Origin: an uncultured Dehalococcoidia bacterium
GTDB taxonomy: Bacteria > Chloroflexota > Dehalococcoidia > SM23-28-2
Length of the DNA: 27,488 nucleotides
NCBI GenBank assembly: GCA_964606995.1
Contig: CAZSHQ010000001.1
Span: 1 to 27,488, forward strand
Reading direction: 5' to 3'
The notes under the pieces were generated by a model. That model was given only the letters and a program-made list of their open reading frames with translations. It had not been told where the DNA came from and did not search any database. Positions 1 through 9,801 of this stretch are shown in pieces. The position numbers and the translations under genes were made by a program. Within the stretch, counting starts at the first letter, position 1. The number at the start of each line of letters is the position of its first letter.

Positions 1-1803
1 ATGTTCGCCCAGATCAACATCGACATCACCCCCCATGTCACCCCCCGCAGCCTGATCATCGCCTACTCCCTGGGGGTGGTCGTCACCTTCATCACCGTCG
101 TCATCTCCTCCTGGCGGGTGAGTCGCCTCAACATCGTGCGCGCCCTCCGTGACATCCCCGAGCCCACCTACCGCCGAGCGCGACTCCGCACGCTGGTCTT
201 AGGCATCATAGCCATCCTGTTCGGGGTGCTCCTCACCTGGCTCGGCCTCAGTGCTCAGCAGGCCTCTTTCTTCATGCTGGGTCTGTCCATTGCCCTGCTG
301 AGCTCGATTGCCGTTCTCCGCTATCTAGCATTGCCCGAGCGGCCCGTCTTCACCATCGTCGGCCTCGCCGTTCTGACCATCTGGGTTCTCTTCTCAGGGC
401 CCCTTGGGGAGGACCTCCTGCCAGAGCTGAAGGGGGACATCGAGATGTTCTTCCTCTCCGGCATCTTCATGGTGGCCTCCGCCACCTTCGTCATCGTCTA
501 CAACGCCGACATCCTCCTCCACGCCATAGAGCGCGCCGGCGGCTGGCTTGGCCGCCTCCTGCCCGCCCTGCGTATCGCCGTTGCCTATCCCCTGGCCAAC
601 AAGTTCCGCACTGGCATGACCCTGGCGATGATCGCCCTGGTGGTCTTCGCCGTGGTCATCATGTCCGTCATCAACGTCAACTACAGCGCCGTCTTCCTGC
701 GCGACGACGCCCGCGGTGGCTGGGACATTGTGGTGACCGAGAACCCCAACAACCCGGTGGGCGAGCTCGTCGCCGCCCTCGACAAGGAAGGCTCAGTGGG
801 TACAGAGCAGTTCGCCGCCGTAGGAACGGTGCGCCTGCCCGACCTCTTCGTCGGCTCGGAGCTATACCAAGTTGGGGCAAGCGAGGAGTGGGAAAGATAT
901 CCAGTGCTGGGCGTGGACGACGCCTTCGCCCGCGAGTCCCAGATCAAGCTCCAGACCCGCGCCTCCCAGTACCCCGACGACGCCGCCGTGTGGGAGGCCC
1001 TGCGCACTACACCCCGCCTGGCAGTGATCGACGCCTTCGCTGTCTCTGAGGGTGGCTTCGGCGGCCCCGGGTTCCACATCGAAGGCTTCGACGAGACCGC
1101 CGAGGTGATGGACCCCCTGGAGCTGCAACTGCGCGATCCAGCCAGCAAGGGAATGATCCCCCTGAAAGTGGTAGGGGTGATCGACTTTGGCTCCAGCGCC
1201 AGCTTCTTCGGCCTTTACACTTCAGAAGAGACCTTTAACCTGGTCTTCGGCGAGCCCGAGTTCTCCCGCTTCTACGTCAAAGTGGGGCCGGGCGTGGACG
1301 ACAGCGACATGGCCGATGCCATCGAGTCCGCCCTGGTCACCACCGGTGCCCAAGCCGTGTCCATAAAGGACCAGGTCGAGGAGCAGCAGACCACTTTCAA
1401 CAGCTTCTTCTACCTGATCCAGGGCTTCATGGGCATGGGCCTGCTGGTGGGCACAGCAGCGGTGGGGGTTATCGCCTTCCGCTCGGTGGTTGAGCGCCGC
1501 CAGCAGATCGGCATGCTGCGGGCCATCGGCTACACCCGCGGCACCGTGGCCCTCAGCTTCATCTTGGAGTCGTCGTTCATCGCCCTGCTTGGCATCGCCA
1601 CCGGCATCGGGCTGGCGGTGCTGCTCTCCTTCAACGTCCTGCATAGCGACGAGTTCTCCAACATCGACATGGGCTTCATCATCCCCTGGTGGCAGATTCT
1701 CCTCACCGCTGCCTTCGCCTACCTCGCCACGTTCCTCATGACTCTTCTCCCCTCACGCCAAGCGTCGAGCATCGTCATCGCCGAGGCCATCCGCTACGAG
1801 TAG
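1..1803 (+). CDS. ABC transporter permease, FtsX/MacB-like (probably 5'-truncated at the window edge)
   Basis: Multiple TM helices and a large extracytoplasmic loop. C-terminal FtsX motif 'SVVERRQQIGMLRAIGYTRGTV...ILES' followed by TM helices. Confidence 0.85.
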   Translation: MFAQINIDITPHVTPRSLIIAYSLGVVVTFITVVISSWRVSRLNIVRALRDIPEPTYRRARLRTLVLGIIAILFGVLLTWLGLSAQQASFFMLGLSIALLSSIAVLRYLALPERPVFTIVGLAVLTIWVLFSGPLGEDLLPELKGDIEMFFLSGIFMVASATFVIVYNADILLHAIERAGGWLGRLLPALRIAVAYPLANKFRTGMTLAMIALVVFAVVIMSVINVNYSAVFLRDDARGGWDIVVTENPNNPVGELVAALDKEGSVGTEQFAAVGTVRLPDLFVGSELYQVGASEEWERYPVLGVDDAFARESQIKLQTRASQYPDDAAVWEALRTTPRLAVIDAFAVSEGGFGGPGFHIEGFDETAEVMDPLELQLRDPASKGMIPLKVVGVIDFGSSASFFGLYTSEETFNLVFGEPEFSRFYVKVGPGVDDSDMADAIESALVTTGAQAVSIKDQVEEQQTTFNSFFYLIQGFMGMGLLVGTAAVGVIAFRSVVERRQQIGMLRAIGYTRGTVALSFILESSFIALLGIATGIGLAVLLSFNVLHSDEFSNIDMGFIIPWWQILLTAAFAYLATFLMTLLPSRQASSIVIAEAIRYE

Positions 1804-1870
1804 ACGCCATAGACCCCTCGCTGGTGCCCGATGTCATCGAAGGTCTTCAGCCACTGGCCCTTGTTTGCGG

Positions 1871-1899
1871 TTGACAAGGCGATAGCCACGCGCCATCAT
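1871..1899 (+). promoter_or_regulatory. sigma70-type promoter for the DUF4389 gene
   Basis: TTGACA (1871-1876), 17-nt spacer, CATCAT (1894-1899). SD AAGGAGG lies upstream of ATG 1964. Confidence 0.55.
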
Positions 1900-1963
1900 T
1901 GGCTGCGAAACCAAGAGCATTGATCCGACCAGTCCACCTGTATTCAGGAAGAAGGAGGAAGTC

Positions 1964-2533
1964 ATGGCCGTAGACTATCCCGCCACCCTAGATGTACCCG
2001 CCCGCGAGCAGGTCCCTAGAGACCAGGCCATTATGCACATCGTCGCCTTGTTCGTGATCTGGCTCGTTGGCGGGATCATTGGCTTTCTAGCGAACATCGT
2101 CGCCCCCATCATGATTGCTCTCAGGGTGAGCCAAAAGGGCGGCGAGAAGTACATCGAGGAGGACGGACCGGAATTCAGCCGCTATGGCGGCATGCTGGTG
2201 GCCCTCTACACCTACGCGTTCTTCCTCACCGACGAGATGCCCGACAAGGCCATCGGAAGCTCCGTCCAGGTTGAGTTCAAGCCGAGCGGCAACCCGACCT
2301 GGCTTAATGCCCTCCTCAGGCCGATACTGCTCATTCCTCACGGCATCGTTCTGGGCGTGCTGGGCCTGGCCTTCATCGTCATTCTCCCCTGGACAGTCGT
2401 GGTCGCCTTGGTCAACGAGCAGTACCCCAAGCAGTTCTACTCGTTCGTCTTGAACTACCTGCGCTGGGAGACACGGGTGACCGCCTACCTGTTCTCTCTG
2501 ACGCAGGAGTACCCGCCCTTTGCCTGGGAGTAG
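1964..2533 (+). CDS. DUF4389 family membrane protein
   Basis: Strong SD. N-terminal 'DYPATL', two similar hydrophobic halves, and a typical C-terminus 'RVTAYLFSLTQEYPPF'. Confidence 0.7.
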   Translation: MAVDYPATLDVPAREQVPRDQAIMHIVALFVIWLVGGIIGFLANIVAPIMIALRVSQKGGEKYIEEDGPEFSRYGGMLVALYTYAFFLTDEMPDKAIGSSVQVEFKPSGNPTWLNALLRPILLIPHGIVLGVLGLAFIVILPWTVVVALVNEQYPKQFYSFVLNYLRWETRVTAYLFSLTQEYPPFAWE

Positions 2534-2597
2534 AGAGACGCTGGTGGCGGCGGAGCTCAGTCGTAGACGATAGCCCGCGACGCTCAGAGCACACTCT

Positions 2598-4217
2598 GTG
2601 GAAAGCCCCGAGCCTCCGAGCCTCGGCCGAAGGAAGCTTAGCTGCGCCCTGGGCAAGCAACCCTTCTGGCCAGCGCTGGTTGCTGTCGCCCTTTTGACTA
2701 CCGCTCTTGCCGCTTGCCAAGAAGCGGAGCCGAGAGTTCATGAACCGCTAACCATCGACCTGGCTCACCAGCACCCTGCCCTGAGCCTGCTCGGCGCTCA
2801 GGCAAGTGACAAGGTGAGGGCGGTGGCTGCCGGCGACGTCAACGGCGATGGCCTCCAAGACATCATCGTGGGCACCTCTAATGCCGACGGCCCCCAGGAC
2901 ACCAGGCCCGGTTGCGGCGAGGTCTACGTCATCTTCGGCCCGGCAGACGAGGGCACAACGATCGATGTCGCTGAGGGCCAGCAGGACGTCACCATATTCG
3001 GCGCCGACAGCGGTGATTCCTCCGGCTTCGCCGTCGCCGCCGGCGACGTCAACGGCGACGGCATCGACGACATTCTGGTGGAAGCGCCCCTGGCCGACGG
3101 CCCTGGCAACGACAGGCCCAATGCCGGCGAAGCCTATGTGATCTTTGGCTCGGCCGCCCTGGAGCCAACGATAGACATTGCGCTGGGGGAGCAGGGTCTC
3201 ACTCTCTCCGGCGCCGAAGAGGGGGACCGCCTGGGCGCCGACCTGGCCACTGGCGACGCCAACGGCGACGGCGTCCAGGATATCTTGGTCGGCTCCTTCC
3301 TGGCCGATGGGCCAGAAAACGCCCGCTACCAGGGGGGAGAGGCCTACCTGATCTTCGGCACGCCCTCCCTGTCGGGAGCCAGGGATATGGCCCAGGGCGA
3401 GCACGATCTGGCCCTCATCGCCGCCGAGGCCGACGATCAGCTAGGCTACCGCCTGGCAATGGGCGACCTGAACAACGACGGCATCGACGACCTCATAGTG
3501 GCCGCCTTCAGAGCCGACGTCCCTGGCAACGCCCGTGAGGACGGCGGCGAGCTCTATGTCATCTTTGGTTCCCCATCCCTCAGCGGCGTTCTGGACTTCG
3601 CCTCCGCCCCGCCGAATGTGACAGTGACAGCCGCCGACGAGGAGGACGATCTGGGAGCAGCGGTGGCCAGCGGCGATGTCAACGGCGACGGTATCGATGA
3701 CCTCCTCATCGGCGCTCCCAGAGCCGACGGCCCGGACAACGGCCGCAAGGGTGCCGGGGAGGCCTACGTTGTCTTCGGCTCGCCATCCCTGGAGGGATCG
3801 TTCGACGTCGCCCTGGCTGAGCAGGACGTAACCATCCTCGGCGCTGACGCCGGCGACCGTCTGGGCACATCCTTGGCCAGCGGAGATCTGGACGGGGATG
3901 GTGTGGAGGACATCATCCTGGGGGCGGAAAGAGGAGACGGCCCCGACAACGCCCGTGAGGACGCGGGCGAGGTCTACGTGCTGCTTGGCTCTGCTTCCCT
4001 GAGCCAGACGGTCGACATTGCCCTGAATGACCACAGCGCCGCCATCTTCGGCGAGCAGCAGGGGGACATCTTCGGCGTGCAGGTAGCAGCAGCAGACTGG
4101 GACGGCGACGGCCAACCCGATGTCCTGGCGACCGCTCGCGCCGCCGACGGGCCCGAGACCACGCGCGAGGACGCCGGCCAGGCCTACGTCATTCCCATCG
4201 GTCACCACCTCCAGTAG
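2598..4217 (+). CDS. FG-GAP repeat (integrin-alpha-like beta-propeller) lipoprotein
   Basis: Seven repeats of 'xAxGDxNGDGxxDxxxGAxxADGP...GEAYVIFG'. Hydrophobic signal ending in lipobox LAAC (C40). Start codon uncertain (GTG, no clear SD). Confidence 0.85.
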   Translation: MESPEPPSLGRRKLSCALGKQPFWPALVAVALLTTALAACQEAEPRVHEPLTIDLAHQHPALSLLGAQASDKVRAVAAGDVNGDGLQDIIVGTSNADGPQDTRPGCGEVYVIFGPADEGTTIDVAEGQQDVTIFGADSGDSSGFAVAAGDVNGDGIDDILVEAPLADGPGNDRPNAGEAYVIFGSAALEPTIDIALGEQGLTLSGAEEGDRLGADLATGDANGDGVQDILVGSFLADGPENARYQGGEAYLIFGTPSLSGARDMAQGEHDLALIAAEADDQLGYRLAMGDLNNDGIDDLIVAAFRADVPGNAREDGGELYVIFGSPSLSGVLDFASAPPNVTVTAADEEDDLGAAVASGDVNGDGIDDLLIGAPRADGPDNGRKGAGEAYVVFGSPSLEGSFDVALAEQDVTILGADAGDRLGTSLASGDLDGDGVEDIILGAERGDGPDNAREDAGEVYVLLGSASLSQTVDIALNDHSAAIFGEQQGDIFGVQVAAADWDGDGQPDVLATARAADGPETTREDAGQAYVIPIGHHLQ

Positions 4218-4231
4218 CACCGGGCGCAGGC

Positions 4232-4261
4232 AAAAAGTTAGGCCCCTCTCACCAGGGGCCT
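4232..4261 (-). terminator. Rho-independent terminator for the radical SAM gene
   Basis: Stem AGGCCCCT (4240-4247) / AGGGGCCT (4254-4261) with a 6-nt loop. A-run at 4232-4236 reads as the U-tail on the minus strand. Lies between convergent genes. Confidence 0.65.
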
Positions 4262-4292
4262 CTCGCTGCTGCCTTGGCTAAGGTTGGCGGTG

Positions 4293-5351
4293 CTACCACC
4301 AGACGCCGGGGATGGCCGTCGAACAGGAGGGACAGCGGCCGCCCTCCTGAATCCGATACTGCGTCACGTGAAACCCCGTTCGCTCCACGAGAAGCTCGTT
4401 GCAGTTGTGACAGTAGGTGTTCTCCAGGGAGCGCACCATGCCCGGCAGGTTCCCAGCGTAGACGTAGCGGAGCCCGGCCTCCTTGCCGATGCCTGCCGCC
4501 CGCAGGAGCGTTTCCGGCGGCGTGTTGTCGGGGTCGGTCATCTTATAGTTCTTGTGGAAGGCGGTCACATGCCAGGGAATGTCAGGCGAGACCGCGGCCA
4601 GGAAATCGGCGGCCTCCCGCAGCTCCTCATCGGAGTCGTTGAAGCCGGGCACGACCAGGGTCACCACCTCCACCCAGAAGCCCATCTCCACCGCCATGCG
4701 AATGCCCTCCAAGACGTTGGCCAGCTTGCCCCCCAGGAAGCGATAGTTCTTGGCGGACATCGACTTGAGGTCCACCTTGAAGCAGCCCAGCCAGGGCCGC
4801 AGGTACTCCAGCACCTCGCGGGTGGCGTTGCCGTTGGAGACGTACAGCGTCTTCAGGCCCTTTTCCTTAGCCAGACGAAAGATCTCCACCGCCCACTCGG
4901 AGGTGATAAGAGGCTCGTTGTAGGAGCTGCCGACGATTTCGGCGCCCGTGCGCACGGCGGCAGCCACTATCTCCTGAGCGCTGATCGCGTCGGGGACGAT
5001 GCCAGCCACCGGATCGCGCAGGGCTTGAGAGGTGAGCCAGTTCTGGCAGTAGGGGCAGTGGTAGTCGCAGCCCAGCATGCCAAAGGTGAGGGTGCTGGAG
5101 CCAGGCAGCACATGGTAGAAGGGCTTCTTCTCGGTGGAGTCCCGCTGGAGAGCGGCTACGTAGCCGCTGGGGACGAACAGCTTGCCGCCGCGGTTGAAGC
5201 GCACCTTGCAGATGCCTCGCAGCCCGTCGGGGATGACGCAACGATGGCCGCAGGCGTAGCAGCGAACCTTATTATCGTCTAGCCGCTCGTACAGCTCGCC
5301 CTCTCTGGTGCGAGCGTCCAGCATATCGGCTAGGGTAGCAGCAGTGGCCAT
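4293..5351 (-). CDS. AmmeMemoRadiSam system radical SAM enzyme (PFL-activase-like)
   Basis: N-terminal 'VRCYACGHRC...GICKVR', 'EKKPFYH', CxxxCxxC 'GCDYHCPYCQN', 'YNEP', and C-terminal 'YVYAGN...TYCHNC...CPSC'. Start trimmed to ATG 5351 because the longer ORF overlaps glpK. Confidence 0.85.
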   Translation of the reverse strand: MATAATLADMLDARTREGELYERLDDNKVRCYACGHRCVIPDGLRGICKVRFNRGGKLFVPSGYVAALQRDSTEKKPFYHVLPGSSTLTFGMLGCDYHCPYCQNWLTSQALRDPVAGIVPDAISAQEIVAAAVRTGAEIVGSSYNEPLITSEWAVEIFRLAKEKGLKTLYVSNGNATREVLEYLRPWLGCFKVDLKSMSAKNYRFLGGKLANVLEGIRMAVEMGFWVEVVTLVVPGFNDSDEELREAADFLAAVSPDIPWHVTAFHKNYKMTDPDNTPPETLLRAAGIGKEAGLRYVYAGNLPGMVRSLENTYCHNCNELLVERTGFHVTQYRIQEGGRCPSCSTAIPGVWW

Positions 5352-5364
5352 GGCATCCACCACC

Positions 5365-5373
5365 ATTATAGCA
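5365..5373 (-). promoter_or_regulatory. Extended -10 promoter (TGcTATAAT) for the radical SAM gene
   Basis: Plus-strand ATTATAGCA reads TGCTATAAT on minus, 13 nt upstream of ATG 5351. Confidence 0.65.
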
Positions 5374-5401
5374 CCGGTCGCTGTTCCCAGCCGCAGGCGC
5401 G

Positions 5402-5410
5402 TGCTACCAT
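5402..5410 (+). promoter_or_regulatory. Extended -10 promoter (TGcTACCAT) for glpK-glcDEF
   Basis: TGn-TAnnAT pattern about 30 nt upstream of SD AGGAGG and TTG 5442. Confidence 0.45.
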
Positions 5411-5441
5411 ACGAAGCTGAGCCCCAGATAGGAGGCCGGGT

Positions 5442-6935
5442 TTGTCCGAATACGTCCTGGCCCTCGACCAGGGAACCACCAGCTCGCGGGCCATCCTCTT
5501 CGACCGCCAGGGCCGGCCCGTGGCCAGCGCTGGTCACCCCATCCGCCAGATCTATCCCCAGAGCGGCTGGGTGGAGCACGACCCCCAGGAGATCTGGCAG
5601 TCGCAGCTGGCCTCGGCCCGTGAAGTCCTAGAGGCGGCTGGCATCCGCGCCTCCCAGGTTGCCGCTATCGGCATGACCAACCAGCGGGAGACCACCATCC
5701 TCTGGGATCGGCAGACAGGCGAACCGCTCGCCAATGCCATCGTCTGGCAGTGCCGCCGCACGGCCCCCCTCTGCCAGGAGCTCAAGGCGCGAGGGCTGGA
5801 GCCCTCCTTTCGCCAGAAGACGGGGCTGGTCATCGACCCCTACTTCTCCGGCACCAAGGTCGCCTGGATGCTGGACAACATCCCCGGCGCTCGAGCAAAG
5901 GCCGAGCAGGGCCAGGCCCTCTTCGGCACAGTGGACTCCTGGCTCCTCTACAAGCTGACGGGCGGCCGCATCCACGCCACCGACTATACTAACGCCTCGC
6001 GAACCCTCATGTTCAACATCTCCCGCCTTGCCTGGGACGAAGACATCCTGCGCGAGCTGGCCGTCCCTCCCTCCCTTCTGCCGGCTGTTCTTCCCTCCTC
6101 CGCCCTCTTCGGCGAGGCCGAGCCGTCCCTCCTGGGAGCAGCCCTCCCCATCGCTGGCATCGCCGGCGACCAGCAGGCCGCCCTCTTCGGCCAGGCCTGC
6201 TTTCAGGTGGGCATGGGCAAGAACACCTACGGCACCGGCTGCTTCGTCCTGATGAACGTCGGCCACGATAGCCTCCCCCTGGGCTCCTCCCTGGTCACCA
6301 CCATCGCCTGGGGCCTGAGCCAGGGGGTGGAGTACGCCCTCGAGGGGAGCATCTTCATCGCCGGCGCTGCCGTGCAGTGGCTGCGGGACGGCCTGGGCCT
6401 GATAGCCACCGCCGCCGAGAGCGAGGCGCTTGCCGCCAGCGTGCCCTCCAGCGACGGGGTATACGTGGTGCCCGCCTTCGTCGGCCTGGGCGCCCCCCAC
6501 TGGGACCCGCGGGCCCGGGGCACCATCGTGGGCATCACTCGCGGCACCACTCGCGCCCACCTGGTGCGGGCCACCCTGGAGGCCATCGCCTTCCAGACGC
6601 GCGACGTCATCGAAACGATGGAGAGCGAGTGCGGCCTGACCCTGCCGGAGCTGCGCGTGGACGGCGGCGCCGCCGCCAACGACCTCCTGATGCAGATCCA
6701 GGCCGACATCCTCGGCCGAGAGGTGGTGCGACCGGCGGTTACGGAGACCACCGCCCTGGGAGCCGCCTACCTGGCCGGCCTCGCCGTGGGCTTCTGGAAG
6801 GGACAGGACGAACTGGCCGGCAAGTGGCAGGTGGACAAGCGCTTCGAGCCCCGAATGGAAGCCAGCCAGCGCGACGAGCTGTACCAGGGCTGGAAGAAAG
6901 CGGTTGAGCGAGCCAAGGGCTGGGCCAGCCAGTAG
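5442..6935 (+). CDS. glpK: glycerol kinase
   Basis: Motifs [65 protein letters not shown] precedes a TTG start. Confidence 0.95.
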   Translation: MSEYVLALDQGTTSSRAILFDRQGRPVASAGHPIRQIYPQSGWVEHDPQEIWQSQLASAREVLEAAGIRASQVAAIGMTNQRETTILWDRQTGEPLANAIVWQCRRTAPLCQELKARGLEPSFRQKTGLVIDPYFSGTKVAWMLDNIPGARAKAEQGQALFGTVDSWLLYKLTGGRIHATDYTNASRTLMFNISRLAWDEDILRELAVPPSLLPAVLPSSALFGEAEPSLLGAALPIAGIAGDQQAALFGQACFQVGMGKNTYGTGCFVLMNVGHDSLPLGSSLVTTIAWGLSQGVEYALEGSIFIAGAAVQWLRDGLGLIATAAESEALAASVPSSDGVYVVPAFVGLGAPHWDPRARGTIVGITRGTTRAHLVRATLEAIAFQTRDVIETMESECGLTLPELRVDGGAAANDLLMQIQADILGREVVRPAVTETTALGAAYLAGLAVGFWKGQDELAGKWQVDKRFEPRMEASQRDELYQGWKKAVERAKGWASQ

Positions 6936-6995
6936 CCCGAGGCCAGGCCCTTCCTGTGGCGGCAACCCCCAGCGAATGCTAGACTGGATCTTGGA

Positions 6996-8444
6996 ATGAC
7001 TGACCGCAAGCTTGTCCGCGAATTGCAGGCCATTGTCGGCCGCGATGGCGTCATCCACGCCCCCGAAGACCTTCTGGTCTACGAGTACGACGCCACCATC
7101 GAGCGCGGCCTCCCCGAGGCCGTCGTCCTTCCCACCAGCGCCCAGCAGGTCTCCCAGGTAGTGAAGCTGGCCCGCCGTCGCGAGCTGCCGATCGTCGCCC
7201 GAGGGGCGGGTACCGGCCTCAGCGGCGGCGCCATTCCCGCCGCTGGCGGGATCCTGCTGGTCATGACCCGCATGAGGCGCATCCTGGAGGTCGATACGGA
7301 GAATCGCCTGGCAATCGTCGAGCCGGGCCTGGTGAACCTCGACCTCAGCGCCGCCTTGAGCCGCTACGGCCTCTACTACGCCCCCGATCCCTCCAGCCAG
7401 AAGGCCTGCACCCTGGGCGGCAATGTGGCTGAGAACGCCGGCGGCCCCCACTGCCTGGCTTACGGCGTCACTACCAATCATGTCCTGGGGCTGGAGGTGG
7501 TCCTGGCCGATGGCCAGATCGTCTGGCTGGGAGGCAAGACCGCCGACCGCCCGGGCTACGACCTGCGCACCGTGGTGATAGGCTCCGAGGGCACCCTGGC
7601 TATCGTCACCAAGATTATCGTGCGGCTTCTGCCCCTGCCGGAGGCCACCATCACCCTCCTGGCCATCTTCAACGAGATGGAGCAGGCCAGCCAGGCCGCC
7701 TCGACCATCATCGCCAAGGGGATTCTGCCCGCCGCCCTGGAGATGATTGACAAAGTGACCATGGGGGTGCTGGAGGAGGCCGTGCATGCTGGCTATCCCC
7801 CCGACGCCGATGCCGTCCTCCTCATCGAGGTTGAGGGCCGACAGGACAGCGTGGATGAGGAGGCAGCAGCTCTACGGGCCATCTGTGAAAACACAGGCGC
7901 TCGCGAGGTGCGAATCGGCTTCACGCCCGGCGAGCGAGAGGCCCTGTGGGCCGGGCGAAAGGAAGCGTTGGGAGCCCTGGGCCGCCTGGCCCCCAGCTAC
8001 TACATCCTCGATGGCACAGTGCCTCGCTCCAAGCTGCCCCAGGTATTGCAGGGCGTCTACGAAGTGGGCAAGAAGCACGGCTTCCTCATCGCCAATGTCT
8101 TCCATGCTGGCGACGGCAATCTCCACCCCAACATCGCCTTCGATGAGTCCCAGCCCGGCGAGGCGGAGAAGGTGCTGGCGGCCGCGGCGGAGATAATGCG
8201 CCTCTGCGTCGACGCCGGCGGAACCATCACCGGCGAGCATGGCGTGGGCATGGAGAAGCGCGACTTCATGCGCTGGATCTTCACAGACGACGATCTGGAG
8301 GCCATGAAGCGCATTCAGGTAGCCTTCGCTTCGGGGCAGCGCTTCAACCCGGGGAAGATCTTCCCCGCCGCCGTCGGCAGCGGCAAGGTCACCTCCCACC
8401 AGCGAGCGGTCACCCAATCGCTGGGGCCCGACGCCTACGTCTAG
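6996..8444 (+). CDS. glcD: glycolate oxidase-like FAD-linked oxidase subunit
   Basis: 'ARGAGTGLSGG', 'PDPSSQKACTLGGNVAENAGG', 'IGSEGTLAIVT', 'HAGDGNLH', 'GTITGEHGVG', 'FNPGKIF'. Confidence 0.9.
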   Translation: MTDRKLVRELQAIVGRDGVIHAPEDLLVYEYDATIERGLPEAVVLPTSAQQVSQVVKLARRRELPIVARGAGTGLSGGAIPAAGGILLVMTRMRRILEVDTENRLAIVEPGLVNLDLSAALSRYGLYYAPDPSSQKACTLGGNVAENAGGPHCLAYGVTTNHVLGLEVVLADGQIVWLGGKTADRPGYDLRTVVIGSEGTLAIVTKIIVRLLPLPEATITLLAIFNEMEQASQAASTIIAKGILPAALEMIDKVTMGVLEEAVHAGYPPDADAVLLIEVEGRQDSVDEEAAALRAICENTGAREVRIGFTPGEREALWAGRKEALGALGRLAPSYYILDGTVPRSKLPQVLQGVYEVGKKHGFLIANVFHAGDGNLHPNIAFDESQPGEAEKVLAAAAEIMRLCVDAGGTITGEHGVGMEKRDFMRWIFTDDDLEAMKRIQVAFASGQRFNPGKIFPAAVGSGKVTSHQRAVTQSLGPDAYV

Positions 8445-8463
8445 ACTGGAAAAGGGTAGCGTT

Positions 8464-9801
8464 TTGGTAAAGGAAAGCCTCCTCCACAACCTGCTGGAGT
8501 CCGCCCTGGACAGCCAGCGCGTCTTCCCGCGGGAGGAAGCAGCCAGCTACGCCGTGGACGGCGTCATCCCTCAGGTGGTGGCCCTGCCGGCGACGCTGGA
8601 AGAGGTGGCGGAGGTGATGCGCCTGGCCAGTCGAGAGGATGCAGCGGTCATCCCCTGGGGCGGCGGCACGGCCATGAGCCTGGGCAACATCCCCCGCCGC
8701 TACGACATCGCCCTCTGCCTCTCCCACCTGAACCAGGTTGTAGAACACGAACCCGCTGACCTCACGGTCGCCGTCCAGGCCGGCAAGACCCTGGCCGATT
8801 TCCAGCGCCACCTGGCCGAGAGCGGCCAATTCCTTGCCCTCGACCCGCCATTGGCCCAGGAAGCCACCATCGGCGGCATACTGGCCGTCAACGCCTCGGG
8901 GCCCTCTCGCCACGCCCACGGCACCGCCCGCGATCTGATCCTGGGGATGCGCGCCGTGCAGGCCGACGGCCGCATCATCAAGGCCGGCGGCCGGGTGGTG
9001 AAGAACGTGGCCGGCTACGACCTCAGCCGCCTGTTCATCGGATCCCTGGGCAGCCTGGGCATCATCGTCGAGGCATCCTTCAGGCTGGCCCCCTTGCTCA
9101 GAGCCGAGAAGACAGCGGTCGTCTTCTTCTCCTCGGTCCGGGAGGCCTGGCGGTTCGTCGCCCAGACGGCCAACCTCGGCCTGCGCGCCGTGGAGTTGCT
9201 CAACGCCGCGGCAGTCAAGCAAGCCGTCGCCCTGAGCGAGGCGACCGAAGATGGCTACGCTCTGGTGCTGGCGACGGCCGGCGAGCCTACGGCGCTGGAG
9301 CGTTCCCTCAAGGAAATAGGCGAACTCTCCCAGCGGGCGGCCTCCTCCTTCGCTGAAGTGGATGAGAGCGCCCAGAGCCAGCTCTGGCAGGCCATCGCCG
9401 CCCTCGCCCGGCCCTCGCCCAGCGGCGCCAGTCTCATCTGCAAGGCGGCCGTATTACCCTCCCAGGTGCCCACACTCAGCGAGCAGATAGAGACGACGGG
9501 TCGGGAGCTGGGCCTGGAGCCGCTACTGGTCTCCCATCTGACGGCAGGCATCGTCCACACCGCCTGGCCCCTTCCCCAAGACGAGGGCGCCCAACGGGGG
9601 CTCAACCTGGCGACCGCACTTCGCCAGGCCGTCGCTGGCCTCGGTGGCAGCCTGGTGGTGGAGGCCTGCCCTCTAGCTCTCAAGGAGAAGATCGATGTCT
9701 GGGGCGAGCCCGCCGCCGACTTCCCCCTCATGCGGCGGATCAAGGAGCAGTTCGACCCTCAGGGCATCCTCAGCCCGGGTCGCTCCCTGGGGAGGCTATG
9801 A
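8464..9801 (+). CDS. glcE: glycolate oxidase FAD-binding subunit
   Basis: 'HEPADLTVAVQAG', 'ATIGGILA', 'GGRVVKNVAGYDL', 'GSLGSLGII', C-terminal 'KEQFDPQGILSPGR'. Confidence 0.88.
   Translation: MVKESLLHNLLESALDSQRVFPREEAASYAVDGVIPQVVALPATLEEVAEVMRLASREDAAVIPWGGGTAMSLGNIPRRYDIALCLSHLNQVVEHEPADLTVAVQAGKTLADFQRHLAESGQFLALDPPLAQEATIGGILAVNASGPSRHAHGTARDLILGMRAVQADGRIIKAGGRVVKNVAGYDLSRLFIGSLGSLGIIVEASFRLAPLLRAEKTAVVFFSSVREAWRFVAQTANLGLRAVELLNAAAVKQAVALSEATEDGYALVLATAGEPTALERSLKEIGELSQRAASSFAEVDESAQSQLWQAIAALARPSPSGASLICKAAVLPSQVPTLSEQIETTGRELGLEPLLVSHLTAGIVHTAWPLPQDEGAQRGLNLATALRQAVAGLGGSLVVEACPLALKEKIDVWGEPAADFPLMRRIKEQFDPQGILSPGRSLGRL

Noticed and set aside
2820-4200. Recurring nucleotide repeats (e.g. 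GGCGACGTCAACGGCGAC) as a possible CRISPR array or DGR
   Set aside because: They are in-frame FG-GAP coding repeats with no spacers, cas genes or reverse transcriptase.
4284-5282. 332-aa plus-strand ORF (also the antisense ORFs at 2748-3404, 3441-4220, 18111-19007, 21307-21882 and 25248-25988)
   Set aside because: Each lies wholly opposite a well-supported gene and has shadow-ORF composition.
5352-5579. 76-aa N-terminal extension of the radical SAM ORF
   Set aside because: It overlaps glpK and spans the extended -10 promoter; family-like sequence begins only near ATG 5351.
5628-7787. 719-aa minus-strand ORF
   Set aside because: It is the antisense shadow of glpK/glcD, typical of genes with high GC at third codon positions, and has no recognisable motifs.
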